Made by a program: the position numbers and the translations under genes. This document shows, piece after piece, positions 37,664-47,229 of a stretch of 64,000 nucleotides of DNA. The DNA lies in NCBI GenBank assembly GCA_001777655.1, contig MFER01000013.1, forward strand, positions 2,619-66,618, given 5' to 3'. How positions within the stretch are numbered: the stretch's first letter is position 1; the number at the start of each line of letters is the position of its first letter. This DNA comes from Candidatus Doudnabacteria bacterium RIFCSPHIGHO2_02_FULL_43_13b (lineage in GTDB: Bacteria; Patescibacteriota; Doudnabacteria; UBA920; O2-02-FULL-48-8). The notes beneath the pieces are model-generated. The model was given only the letters and a program-made list of their open reading frames with translations. It had not been told where the DNA came from and searched no databases.

Positions 37664-38959
37664 TTAGCCTTTTGATGCAGGAGTTGTAGAGAAGAGCTTA
37701 AGGATAATTTCAATCTTACGCCGTAGCTCGTCAAAACCGACAATCTCAACATCTTTATTACTGTTCCTGAAAAGTTCAAAAGATTTTAGTTGTGGTTTTT
37801 TTAAATCAGAGACATTCCCAGCCACTACAATGCATTTTGAGTTAAACGATTCTATATCCTCGCCGTTCATAACTGAGTAAAAATCTTTTTGGAGAGTATG
37901 TCTCTGGTCTAGCACCTGGTTGATTGCTCCGCTTAAACCTCTACTGATTGAAAACACGTCCTTGCCACGATAAGGTCTTCCCTCAAGAAGCTTACTTTTA
38001 TGAGTTTTAATTTCAATTATGGCTAAGTTTTTTGAGAACTCGCTTTTATAAATAAAATCTGCGTACTTACCACCTTTGTTTTCGAAACTTTTGCCGCCTA
38101 CATAGGCTTGGTTTTTAAAAATAACCATCGGGTAAGAAAAGAGCTGAGAGAATATCCAGCCGTTCTCTTTGAAAAACGCCTGCCATTTTTTTTCCAGCGT
38201 TTCTGTTTCAGTCTTTTGTTCAATTAAAGCATTAAAATTTTCTAAAATAGTTTCGATGAACACCTTATCAATAGCTTCCTTTGTAGCTATAACTTTTTCG
38301 TGAGACACATTTGAATTTGGCAGTGTCTGAATAAGCTGTGTTATCTTGTCAATATCATAATCAGAGAGTTTTTCATTCGTTAATCGGTTCTCTTCAATGT
38401 AGTTGCCTAGGGAGCCAGTTACATATTTTTTATCTTCAATTTCAAATTTCTTAGGAAATATTGAATGAAGAATATCACTGGCAAGAATATTAATCTCTTG
38501 TCTGTGTCTTTTAAGAAGTGGTGAGATACGGTTGTAGGCCTTATCTAAATCTGAAGCGTTAAATACAATTTTGTTTCTATTGGGAAAAAATTCACTAGCT
38601 AATTTAGAAGATACAATTATATTTGAGATGATGGGGCACTTCTCTTCAAGGAAGTAAATTAGCGGACTTAATTCTCTAGTAAATCCATAACCATTTGCCC
38701 AAGTTTTTAGAAATCCCCTGGGTAGGGTTTCGGGCATCTCGTGGTACTCAATGCATTGAATAAATTTGTATTTATTCTCTCCAGTCTTGCGGTTATACGG
38801 GTAATGTAAAACTATCTTCTTTTTCTTAAATATTTCTCTAGATAATAACTCAAATCCATTTTCTCCATCGGTATAGAAATAAACATCCTTGGTAGCTAAG
38901 GATTTATGTAAAGTTTCTTCGGGGTCTGCACCAGTAATTTTAATTTTATTCTTATTCAT
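37664..38959 (-). CDS. Shedu-like (DUF4263) anti-phage nuclease
   Basis: E..WQ.FF, DF...AIIEIKT, AINQV, FDEL. Confidence 0.8.
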   Translation of the reverse strand: MNKNKIKITGADPEETLHKSLATKDVYFYTDGENGFELLSREIFKKKKIVLHYPYNRKTGENKYKFIQCIEYHEMPETLPRGFLKTWANGYGFTRELSPLIYFLEEKCPIISNIIVSSKLASEFFPNRNKIVFNASDLDKAYNRISPLLKRHRQEINILASDILHSIFPKKFEIEDKKYVTGSLGNYIEENRLTNEKLSDYDIDKITQLIQTLPNSNVSHEKVIATKEAIDKVFIETILENFNALIEQKTETETLEKKWQAFFKENGWIFSQLFSYPMVIFKNQAYVGGKSFENKGGKYADFIYKSEFSKNLAIIEIKTHKSKLLEGRPYRGKDVFSISRGLSGAINQVLDQRHTLQKDFYSVMNGEDIESFNSKCIVVAGNVSDLKKPQLKSFELFRNSNKDVEIVGFDELRRKIEIILKLFSTTPASKG

Positions 38960-39332
38960 AGTTGGACGGTTTAGTTACCGAATCTAAATACCTCATAACA
39001 TCTGCCTTATCTATAAGGTAGCGTTTTATTTTCGTCGTGGGGTTAGAGAGTTGTGCTTTTATTTTGCCCCCATCAATCAGCTTCCTCAAGGTAATAACTG
39101 ATTTAATGGGAAACCAAGGCTGCTTTACTAACTGGGGGCAGGTAAAAACTTCCGAGCTTCCCGTTGACTCTCCCCTTAACCCATCAGGCCGTAGTATTTG
39201 GTGAATTCTTGCTCTGGACACATTAAACTTGTTACCTATTTCTTCCAAAGTATGACGGTGATAGCCATTTCGCCCCCACCTCATATCCAGCATAGTTTTT
39301 ATTTGTGCCTCACTATATTTACTTTTACTCAT
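38952..39332 (-). CDS. HTH DNA-binding protein
   Basis: TLEEIG..FNVSRARIHQI (sigma70 r4-like) plus excisionase-like C-terminal half. Confidence 0.75.
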   Translation of the reverse strand: MSKSKYSEAQIKTMLDMRWGRNGYHRHTLEEIGNKFNVSRARIHQILRPDGLRGESTGSSEVFTCPQLVKQPWFPIKSVITLRKLIDGGKIKAQLSNPTTKIKRYLIDKADVMRYLDSVTKPSNYE

Positions 39333-39570
39333 AAGGATTTTCTATATTGTAGCACTATTTACAAACCATATAAAATGATATAATAACATCACAATTTAAT
39401 AAGACCTAAATCTTTCAATTTTTTGATTGAAAGACATGGACTCAAAACCTGAAACATATTGAACCCTCACCAGGTCCTGTTTCAGGTTATATGGGGAAAC
39501 CCATATAGGTGCCGTAAGGCATCACTGGTGGGGGCTTTATGTTGCCCACCTCCAGAGAAAGAAAAAATTT

Positions 39571-40098
39571 ATGAAATGCCCATATTGTGCGGAGGAGATT
39601 CAAAACGAAGCTAAAATTTGCAAGCATTGCAAAAGTAATTTGGTGAATCCTGCCAACAATCCTTCATTGTCAGTAGACAAGCCAAAAAGGATTTTGCATC
39701 AAAAGTTGGGAACGGGAAGCTGTTTAATTTTATTCTCGGCTATTTTTTTCATAATAATAGTTTCAGTTGCAGTTATGTCTCTAGGCGGAAATGAATCCTC
39801 TTCGGTTTCCACTCCCCAGCAATCCACGGTAGACTTCGCCAAGGTTGAAAAAGCGATGGAAGATTTAACCAAGGCGGGACTGGTCAAGAAAACAGACCCA
39901 AGCCTAAACCAGGTCTATGTAAGCAAGCCATATTGGGATGCCCAGGACATTGAAGCCAAGGAAACCGCCGCAAAAGCCTTTGCCTACTATGTCGGCTACA
40001 AGAAGGGAACCAACCTTTACTGGGTGGACATTTATGATTGGCAATCAGGCAAGCGATTAGCAAAATACAGCGAATCTTGGGGCTTCACGGTTTATTAG
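39571..40098 (+). CDS. zinc-ribbon membrane protein
   Basis: MKCPYCAEEIQ.EAKICKHC + TM. Confidence 0.8.
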   Translation: MKCPYCAEEIQNEAKICKHCKSNLVNPANNPSLSVDKPKRILHQKLGTGSCLILFSAIFFIIIVSVAVMSLGGNESSSVSTPQQSTVDFAKVEKAMEDLTKAGLVKKTDPSLNQVYVSKPYWDAQDIEAKETAAKAFAYYVGYKKGTNLYWVDIYDWQSGKRLAKYSESWGFTVY

Positions 40099-40168
40099 TT
40101 ACGTGTAACCATTTTCAGAAGAAACGGCAGCTATTTAATTTAATCTGAAATCGGGATATAATTTATCT

Positions 40169-40690
40169 ATGGCAAAAGACCTTGAGAACAAAATCAACAA
40201 GAATTCCATATCCCTGGCTGGCGAATTTGCCGTGCTTTCCCAACTGGCCTTGCGTGGTTACGACGCAAACATGACCTTGGGTCATACCAAAAGCGTTGAT
40301 ATTTTGGTTTCCAATCCCAAGAATCATCAAATGTATCAGTTGGAGGTTAAAACCAACTTTGCCAGCTCACGCTCTCAAGGTTCAAATTCCAAATTGTTTG
40401 GCAAGATAGTCAGTGCCTGGATTATGGGTGATAAGCACGAAACCATAACCAGCCCTAATCTTTTTTACTGCTTCGTCAACATTGGCAGAGATACTAACGT
40501 CTTTCGTTTCTTTATCGTCCCAAGCAAAGCGGTGGCTGAATACGTTAAGGTGCAACATCAGTTATTCAGGAGCAACGGAGGCAATGATAACCCAATGCGT
40601 ATGTTTCGTATCGGTTTGAAAGCCGAACAATACGCAATTCCAACTCCGACAGTCGAGCAGTATGAAAATAATTGGGAATTTAAGGAATAA
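40169..40690 (+). CDS. PD-(D/E)xK-like nuclease family protein
   Basis: GEFAV...L..RG, VDILV, LEVKT. Confidence 0.7.
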   Translation: MAKDLENKINKNSISLAGEFAVLSQLALRGYDANMTLGHTKSVDILVSNPKNHQMYQLEVKTNFASSRSQGSNSKLFGKIVSAWIMGDKHETITSPNLFYCFVNIGRDTNVFRFFIVPSKAVAEYVKVQHQLFRSNGGNDNPMRMFRIGLKAEQYAIPTPTVEQYENNWEFKE

Positions 40691-40696
40691 ATTTTT

Positions 40697-40858
40697 ATGG
40701 CTTGGTACGGAAATTCAAAAGGACACGCCGAATCGGGTAGGAAAGGCGGCAAGGCCCAGGGCAAGCGTAATAACCCAGGCAACTTTGCCAATGACAGAAA
40801 GAAAGCGGCAAGAGCTGGGCGTAAGGGCGGATTAAGCAAGCCGAGTATTACTAAATAA
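40697..40858 (+). CDS. KGG-repeat (YciG/Con-10-like) small stress protein, 53 aa
   Basis: GRKGG twice and GNFAND; below the ORF-track length cutoff. Confidence 0.8.
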   Translation: MAWYGNSKGHAESGRKGGKAQGKRNNPGNFANDRKKAARAGRKGGLSKPSITK

Positions 40859-40902
40859 AATTCAAAGAATAGTTGCGGTCAGAATTATTATTTTGAATAA
40901 CA

Positions 40903-41526
40903 TTGAAAAAAAAGAAATCCACCCCGATTAGCAAACTTGAATTATTGAGATATAAATCGGATTTTCAATCGGGCATAATTAAATTACGAAAAAAGTGGGG
41001 AGTCCCAGAGAACGGTTTTGATATTTATAAGGAATATAGAGCATGGGAAAATAAAGTCTTTTATAAAAATGGCGAAGCAATTATTTCAGACCTAAATTTA
41101 CTTAAGAAGGAGGGCCTAAAATCAAATCCGGTTTATAATATATTATTTTTGTGGGATTATTTTGCAAAAAGCGAACGTATAAGAAACATCGAGCCGAAAA
41201 ACGAGCTTTCGGTTCAGCTTCACACAAAGGACTTGAGAGTTACCGTTAATAATCTAAACCCCTCGACTACCCAGGAAGATTGGCTTGATTTGTGGCCTAT
41301 GATTAAAAAATTCCAACATTTTTTACCCAATTATGTTGCAAATAGGCGTTCAAGAAAATCAACGAACTGGATAATTGCCAAATTCGCACATGAACAGGCA
41401 CTAAATGGGATTAAACATAAGGATATAAAGACAAGTATAAAAAAAGAATTCGGAATAACATACGACACTTCATATATTTCAAAGTTAATACGAAGGTTCA
41501 AGGAATTTATAGAAAAAGACACTTAA
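40903..41526 (+). CDS. hypothetical protein, possible C-terminal HTH
   Basis: 207-aa ORF, TTG start. Confidence 0.6.
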   Translation: MKKKKSTPISKLELLRYKSDFQSGIIKLRKKWGVPENGFDIYKEYRAWENKVFYKNGEAIISDLNLLKKEGLKSNPVYNILFLWDYFAKSERIRNIEPKNELSVQLHTKDLRVTVNNLNPSTTQEDWLDLWPMIKKFQHFLPNYVANRRSRKSTNWIIAKFAHEQALNGIKHKDIKTSIKKEFGITYDTSYISKLIRRFKEFIEKDT

Positions 41527-41877
41527 GTCTGGCTTAACTGACTTCGACACTTTTATAGGCTACATCTTATACTGGATGTAGTTTTATTTTTGCAAATTTA
41601 TTTTTAATCAGTGATTTAATTCACGGTCAAAGACCCGATAGAGGGCTTGAGCATTCATCTGACCGTGAACTCAAGCCTTGTGTCGGTTTTTAATTAGCAT
41701 TGTAATTTTATGTCCAAAGAAGAATTCGAAATTAGCTGGAATCACGTTGCCAGCCAAGATTCAGAAGATAAAATCCTTGAGGCCTTTAAGATTCTTTTAG
41801 GGGAATAGTTTCATCGTAACTAAAAAAACTTTAATTCCCAGTCGTTACGCAAATCTTAACAAATTTATGGAAATGTC

Positions 41878-42114
41878 ATGCAAACTAAATCATATCAAAC
41901 CAAAGATTTCTACATAGCCGCCGTGCTTTACGCTTCCGGTCAGGTGATTTCGTCATCGGAGTGGAGCAATGGCAAGTGTTATTTTAATTTTGAAAATCCA
42001 AAGAAATGCGAACAGGTAGTCGGCGGATATTATCAAAACAAGGTCATTATGGACGCAAAAAAATTGATTGATGCAATTCAGACGATAAAAAGCATCATCC
42101 ACTCGGAGAACTAA
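41878..42114 (+). CDS. DUF5659-like small protein
   Basis: YQTKDFYIAA.L...G...YFNF. Confidence 0.6.
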   Translation: MQTKSYQTKDFYIAAVLYASGQVISSSEWSNGKCYFNFENPKKCEQVVGGYYQNKVIMDAKKLIDAIQTIKSIIHSEN

Positions 42115-42142
42115 ATTATTAAGAAAGATGAGATGAAATGTT

Positions 42143-42622
42143 ATGAAAGACTTCACGATGATTCCTAACGAGACATACGAAGCGTTTTTGTGTGGCGAAA
42201 TTACACTTTCCGAGTGGGCGGTGCTTATATGGATATACCAAAAATCCAATCCTACTAAGGGCAGAAGCGTTGTTAACTATCCAGACATGGTTTCTCAATT
42301 CAAACCGTTAATAAAATATGACAATGCCAGAAAAATCCTCTCATCACTACGGAAGCACAAGTGGGTATATTTCAAGCCCCATCGGGGAAGTGGTGGAGCA
42401 TTTCCCGTATATCCATGCCCACTCATGCTGTCGAGCGGGCAAATACAAGTGATTGACAGGGTTACGGGAGAGAGAAAAGTTATAGATGACCCCGACCCTA
42501 GACCTAAACTTAGACGCAAACGAACCCTTGTTCCGCCAAACTCATCACAACTTTCGTCCTCGAATCACAACAGTGACAAGCAAAATGCCCCGTCAATTAA
42601 AGGTCAAGGTCAGCTTGAATAA
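42143..42622 (+). CDS. putative wHTH replication/DNA-binding protein
   Basis: Precedes repeat-rich noncoding region; wHTH-like pattern. Confidence 0.45.
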   Translation: MKDFTMIPNETYEAFLCGEITLSEWAVLIWIYQKSNPTKGRSVVNYPDMVSQFKPLIKYDNARKILSSLRKHKWVYFKPHRGSGGAFPVYPCPLMLSSGQIQVIDRVTGERKVIDDPDPRPKLRRKRTLVPPNSSQLSSSNHNSDKQNAPSIKGQGQLE

Positions 42623-42810
42623 TAGTTCGTTCACAACCCTCTATATTTAGACTGATACTTAAACCTAGACCTAGACGAAGTAAAGAAAAGATAAGTAAAG
42701 AGAGAGGCGGCGTAAACGCCGCCACAACATCAAAGTGCTCACTTAAACGAATTAAGTAATATATTCAGATTAGAGTTAAAACCTGTCCGTCCCGCCAATT
42801 TAATGTCGCT

Positions 42811-43050
42811 GTTTCTTGAGAAATACGACGTATTGCGACAAGAACGACAATAAAATTTATGGAAAATGAAATTGTAGGAAATTTAGATTTGGCCTGTACA
42901 CGCCTGTACGAGCCTGTGAATTTATGAATTTGTTGTTTCTTGAGAAAAACGACGCACAGCGACGCAGACGACGCAGAATTTTATGGAAAATGAGATTGTA
43001 AAAAATTAAGAATTTGCCTGTACATGACTGTATAAGCCTGTGAACTTATG
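42811..43050. repeat. two imperfect 116-bp tandem repeats (period 124)
   Basis: GTTTCTTGAGAAA...TTTATGGAAAATGA...GCCTGTGAA.TTATG at 42811-42926 and 42935-43050. Confidence 0.85.
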
Positions 43051-43379
43051 GAAGAAAGAGACTGTCAAAATTAAGGGTTTAGTCTTGCGTTTAGGGTGCA
43101 AAAGTGGGTTAAGGGAAATAAATCATAATTTTTGCACAAGGTTTCAAAATCCATAGGAGGACGGTGGCGGGCTTGGTTCTGTCCTACCACTCCAACAATC
43201 GCATCCCTGCCGTCATAAGCGGTAAATCGAAAATTACGAACGTCGGGGGCTAATCAAACCAAAGCCCAACCACCCAAAGAAGCCAAAGGATAATTTTGTT
43301 TCTCTTACTTGCGGTCATGTGGTCAAAAGTTATGATTCAATCATAAACCACCAACGCAGGAGGGAGAAAGCAAAAATTT

Positions 43380-44351
43380 ATGGGCAAGGCTAAGAATCAA
43401 ACTTTGTTTGGAAACGAAATGCCAGAACACAACGGTTTCCCCACGAACTTGTTGACATCAGGGTTGCAAAAAGCTATTAGGAGGAACGATGAACAAAGGG
43501 CGTTGAAGATAACCAAGGCCCTATTCCGGCAGGACCCGCAGTCATTCCTTCGTCGCATAGTGGTAATAGCCGCAGAAGATTGCCTAGTTTTGCCAGCCAC
43601 CGGCAAAATCGTGGAGCTTGCCAGAGAGTACGGCTCCAAAAAACGGATAGCGGCAATGACGAAAGAAAAAATCCAAGCCGATTGCCAGTTTGCTCTTGAA
43701 ATCGTCCAACAGCTTGCTCTCTGTCCCGTGCGAGACTATGACGGCGGAGGATATGTTCCTTATCTTTACCACAAGAAGGACATCAACAAGTTGCCGACTG
43801 ACACGACAGGGTTATCTAAAAAAGAAGCCGAGCTGGTGGGAGCCATCCGCAAGCGTAAGGCGATGGGAGGTATGCGTGGTGACTTATGGACGTTGGAAAT
43901 AGTTGCCCATATATGGACTGACCGCTTCAAGCGAAAACAATTCACCGTCAAGCAGTTGGAAAATTATTTCCCAGAGCCGACGGTCAAGGCCGAAGAAATA
44001 TCAGACCAACCTGACGAGTCGGACATTCCGATAGAAACGATTGACAGCCATTGTTCGGGAATTGTGCCGATATTGCTGAAAAAGCCGCAAGTCACGGCGG
44101 CGATTAAAGCGGCGTGGGGAAACATGACGAGTGAGATGATGGAAACTAAACTGAAGCAGACGTTGTTTTATTGCAGAAGCTGGATAAATTTCAAGGCAGA
44201 CATCATTTCCGGCAGAACGTTCGACAGGTTCGGGACAATTGTTTACGAAGACAAGCCGCTTGAGCAGGAAAAAATAAGGAGGGTGTATGAGGAAATAGCG
44301 CAGGAGGTAAATAAACTTAGTCGCTGGATTATCCAGCAGTCATTAAAGTAA
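43380..44351 (+). CDS. hypothetical protein with RarA/MgsA C-terminal-like motif
   Basis: SGLQKAIRR...RRIVVIAAED; no Walker A. Confidence 0.6.
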   Translation: MGKAKNQTLFGNEMPEHNGFPTNLLTSGLQKAIRRNDEQRALKITKALFRQDPQSFLRRIVVIAAEDCLVLPATGKIVELAREYGSKKRIAAMTKEKIQADCQFALEIVQQLALCPVRDYDGGGYVPYLYHKKDINKLPTDTTGLSKKEAELVGAIRKRKAMGGMRGDLWTLEIVAHIWTDRFKRKQFTVKQLENYFPEPTVKAEEISDQPDESDIPIETIDSHCSGIVPILLKKPQVTAAIKAAWGNMTSEMMETKLKQTLFYCRSWINFKADIISGRTFDRFGTIVYEDKPLEQEKIRRVYEEIAQEVNKLSRWIIQQSLK

Positions 44352-44613
44352 TCAAGAAAGTAAATAATTTATGAGCATTTTATGCAAAGGTTATCAACTG
44401 GGTGGTTCGTCCGAGGCAAGATTGACAAGTATAATGAAAAATTTTGCCAACAGGCGGACAAGAGAAGGCAAGCAAAGGTCGCAAAAAAGCAAAAGACCCA
44501 AGCCGATAAGCAGTAGGTCTTTAGCGGAAACCAATTAAGCGTCGTAACGCCTAACCGTTTGTCTGTATTATAATACGACATTCGGAAAAGCGGAAGACCT
44601 GAAGATTAGAATT

Positions 44614-46347
44614 ATGAATGTTACAATTTATGGTCGTGTTTCAACGGAAGAGCAGAAAAAGAAGGAAAATATCGACTCCCAAGTCGACGAGTTAGAAAAA
44701 TTGGCTAAAGAGAGCAAGGGAGAGTATTCGCTAATCAATGATTATAAATATCTTGATGATGGTTGGAGCGGAGGCATCTTAAACCGTCCGGCGTTAGATA
44801 AGTTAAGAGAGGATGCGACTAGGGGTTTATTCTCGGCCGTATTGGTCAATGATGTAGACAGGCTTTCAAGGGACAATACCCACTTAGGAATCATAATAAA
44901 AGACCTGAGGCGTAAGGGCGTGCGGGTAATTTTTCGAAAGCATCCTGGCGAGCAGAACCCCCAAACGAATTTACTCATAAACATTTTGGGGTCGTATGCG
45001 GAGTTTGAGAAAGAAATGATAGCGGGAAGAACTCGGAGAGGGCGAATGTATAAAGCTCAGGTGCTGAAAAAAATTGTCGGGAGCAGACCGCCTTATGGTT
45101 ATAGATACATCAAAGGTGATAAGAGCAAAAATATATTCGGTTATTATGAAGTGGTTCCATCTGAAGCCGAAGTCGTTAAAATGATGTTTAATTGGGTAGC
45201 CTATGAAAAGAAAACCGCCAGAGAAGTTGTTAGAGAATTAACGAGAAGAAAAATTCCAACCAAGAAAAAAAATACGAAGTGGGCGAAAAGCACGGTTCTA
45301 AGAATCCTGCATAGAACTGATTATATATGCAAGCTGTATTACAACAAGCAAGAATGTGTTGAAACTGACAAACACATCAATACTGATTTGAAGCCTCGCA
45401 AACAGTTAAAATCAGGCAGACGGACAAGACCAATCGAAGAATGGATACTCATACCCTTACCTGAACATTTGAGAATTATCAGCGATAAGACTTTTGATTT
45501 AGTTCAAAAATCAATAACAAATAATTTGTCGTTTTCTCCCAGAAACGGTAAGCGGGAATACTTGCTTAGAGGCAGGGTGTATTGCGGTTTGTGCGGATGT
45601 CTTTATCAGGGCATACCGTGCCACGGGAAAACTTACTATCGTTGCGGAAACAGGGGCAAGACATTCCCAGAACCAAGAACGTGCTTTGCACCGACCATAA
45701 CGACTTCTAAACTTGACCAGCCTGTATGGGAAGCATTGACTAGAGCAATACAGAATCCCAGATTGATTGTGGAACAGGTCAAAAAAATTAAATCTTCTCG
45801 ATATTCGGAAGAAGACAAAATTCGGGGGCAGATAGACGAATTAGCAAAGCAGGTTAACAGCTACGACCAAGAAGAAGAACGGGTCTTGGAGGCTTACAGG
45901 CATAAGGTGATTACGCTTGAGCAGTTGAATAAAGAGATGACTAAAATTCGCCAGGAAAGAGCCGTCTTTATTCAGCAACGTGATGAATTATTAGCCAAGC
46001 TAAGCAAGGTTTTACCCGAAGACGCTGAAAAGTCCGTCATAGCATACTGTGCGATTGTAAAAGCCAAATTAGAGAAAATGAGCTTTACAGAGAAACAACA
46101 ACTATTGCGGCTATTGGTTAGCAAGATAGTTTTGCAGGACAAGAGATTTGAGATAGACGCAGAGATACCATTGGTTGACAGCGATTATCTAAAATCCTTC
46201 AAAAACAGCAAAATCCTTGAAAATGATGAAGCAAGTTCAATTAGGAACATAAGCTCCTGCTTTCCGGACCCCCCGGTACAGGCAAAACCTTGTTGGCGAA
46301 AGCCCTCTCCTCTATTTTACCCAAACCCACGGTCAGCGAGGTGCTAG
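44614..46347 (+). CDS. large serine recombinase (integrase)
   Basis: YGRVST, DDGWSG..RPAL, DRLSR, PYGY, CGLCG zinc ribbon, coiled coil. Confidence 0.95.
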   Translation: MNVTIYGRVSTEEQKKKENIDSQVDELEKLAKESKGEYSLINDYKYLDDGWSGGILNRPALDKLREDATRGLFSAVLVNDVDRLSRDNTHLGIIIKDLRRKGVRVIFRKHPGEQNPQTNLLINILGSYAEFEKEMIAGRTRRGRMYKAQVLKKIVGSRPPYGYRYIKGDKSKNIFGYYEVVPSEAEVVKMMFNWVAYEKKTAREVVRELTRRKIPTKKKNTKWAKSTVLRILHRTDYICKLYYNKQECVETDKHINTDLKPRKQLKSGRRTRPIEEWILIPLPEHLRIISDKTFDLVQKSITNNLSFSPRNGKREYLLRGRVYCGLCGCLYQGIPCHGKTYYRCGNRGKTFPEPRTCFAPTITTSKLDQPVWEALTRAIQNPRLIVEQVKKIKSSRYSEEDKIRGQIDELAKQVNSYDQEEERVLEAYRHKVITLEQLNKEMTKIRQERAVFIQQRDELLAKLSKVLPEDAEKSVIAYCAIVKAKLEKMSFTEKQQLLRLLVSKIVLQDKRFEIDAEIPLVDSDYLKSFKNSKILENDEASSIRNISSCFPDPPVQAKPCWRKPSPLFYPNPRSARC

Positions 46348-47129
46348 AAATAACTAAAATTTACAGCGTGGCGGGCTTGCTGCATTCGAACAAGAATCTG
46401 GTCACCACCAGACCGTTTCGCCATCCTCATCATACTTCTTCGTCCATCGCTTTAGTGGGCGGTGGCTCGATGCCCAAACCCGGTGAAATATCCTTAGCTC
46501 ATCGGGGGGTGCTATTCCTAGATGAATTCCCTGAATTTGGCCGGTCGGCTTTGGAAAACTTAAGACAACCCTTAGAAGATGGGGTGGTTACGGTTGCCCG
46601 CGCTGCCGCCACCCTGACTTTTCCCGCCCAATTCACGATGGTTGCTGCCCAAAATCCCTGTCCTTGCGGCTATTATTCCGATCCGGGCAAAACCTGTACT
46701 TGTTCACCATCACAAATCATGAAGTACCAAAAAAAAATCTCAGGTCCTCTCCTTGATCGGATTGATCTTTGCGTCGAGGTCGGCAGGGTGGAGTATGAAA
46801 AACTGGCTTCTGATGATCTAACCGAATCATCTGCAGATATACAAAAACGCGTGCAAACTGCGCGCAATGTTCAAACTAAGCGATTTGCCAAATACCCAAA
46901 TATAAAAACTAATTCAGAAATGGGGATTCGAGAAATCAGGGAGTTTTGTAAACTTGATGATAGTGGTCAAAATTTTATGAAATCTGCCGTGATTAAGATG
47001 TATCTATCCGCGCGTTCTTATCATCGGATCTTAAAACTTGGACGAACAATCGCAGACCTCGAAGGTTCAGAGGATATTAAAATTCCGCACTTGGCGGAAG
47101 CAATTCAGTATCGCCCCAAGGTAGAATAA
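46259..47129 (+). pseudogene. comM: comM/YifB, 3' part
   Basis: GPPGTGKT, RPFRHPHH, GEISLAHRGVLFLDE, NPCPCG, SGPLLDRID. Confidence 0.93.
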
Positions 47130-47133
47130 TTTT

Positions 47134-47210
47134 TGGTGGGCCTGCCTGGACTTGAACCAGGAACCGTTCGGATATAAGCCGAATGCTCTAACCAGTTGAG
47201 CTACAGGCCC
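47134..47210 (-). tRNA. tRNA-Ile(TAT)
   Basis: Anticodon arm TTCGG-CTTATAT-CCGAA; cloverleaf; CCA. Confidence 0.88.
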
Positions 47211-47229
47211 GCAATCAAACTATTATATT

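Larger units (their letters stand above)
34577..46258. mobile_element. 11.7-kb integrative element inserted in comM by a large serine recombinase
   Basis: CT crossover at 34575-76 and 46257-58; rejoining restores GGHNILLSGPPGTGKT; symmetric attP. Confidence 0.93.

Noticed and set aside
42811-43050. CRISPR array
   Set aside because: Only two long imperfect copies, without unique spacers.
34577-46258. Prophage or self-transmissible ICE
   Set aside because: No terminase, capsid, tail, relaxase or VirB4 gene recognised.
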